Shown here piece after piece: positions 63,990-64,000 of a DNA stretch of 64,000 nucleotides. A model generated the notes under the pieces. It was not told the DNA's origin. It was given only the letters and a program-made list of their open reading frames with translations, and ran no database searches. The position numbers and the translations under genes are program-made. Positions within the stretch are counted from its first letter, which is position 1. Each line of letters begins with the position of its first letter. Where the stretch lies: the IMG/VR virus record IMGVR_UViG_3300044695_006401; one strand, written 5' to 3'. This DNA comes from a virus. Its lineage: Duplodnaviria; Caudoviricetes.

Positions 63990-64000
63990 TTTCTAATTAT

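Noticed and set aside
1-64000. Stop-codon reassignment (common in some Bacteroidota/jumbo phages)
   Set aside because: Recognisable genes are full-length and tightly packed under code 11, and TGA/TAG act as stops with coupled downstream starts.
1-64000. tRNA, rRNA, reverse transcriptase/DGR, transposase or integrase genes
   Set aside because: No such sequences or motifs recognised by eye; tRNAscan/Infernal were not run, so short RNAs cannot be excluded.

Overview
This is an AT-rich, densely coding, mostly minus-strand segment of a large (jumbo-type) tailed phage, most likely infecting Bacteroidota. The host call rests on T9SS-type substrate domains, TAnnTTTG promoters and the lack of obvious Shine-Dalgarno sites. 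Bases 1-14.2 kb encode two giant proline-free Gly-Thr-X collagen-like fibre proteins (the first is missing from the ORF track) and a baseplate-like Pro/Thr-linker protein. Bases 14-64 kb are mostly hypothetical genes, plus peptidoglycan hydrolases (GH19, M15-like, NlpC/P60), a T9SS type-B substrate, UvrC, an FKBP PPIase, a PAP2 phosphatase, a ferritin-like protein, a flavodoxin-like protein, an outer-membrane barrel, a lipoprotein, a restriction-modification pair and a LamG protein. The main signal is that about 35 otherwise unrelated genes share short N-terminal leaders ending in [ILV]-x-E (e.g. MKIVITESQY, MNLQEQISRMKSMMGVINE, MKELIRHILKEE). These resemble T4 capsid-targeting/prohead-protease signals, and most of these genes or their operons have a TATTTAT motif upstream. 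A 904-aa ORF (55054-57768) is a chain of about 7 modules joined by the same motifs, and two of its modules also exist as stand-alone neighbouring genes. I infer a leader-addressed capsid-cargo system that includes a protease-cleaved polyprotein. A second unexplained element is an ~80-bp inverted-repeat unit found four times directly after stop codons (48.7-52.7 kb). All family assignments come from motif recognition by eye; no searches were run.
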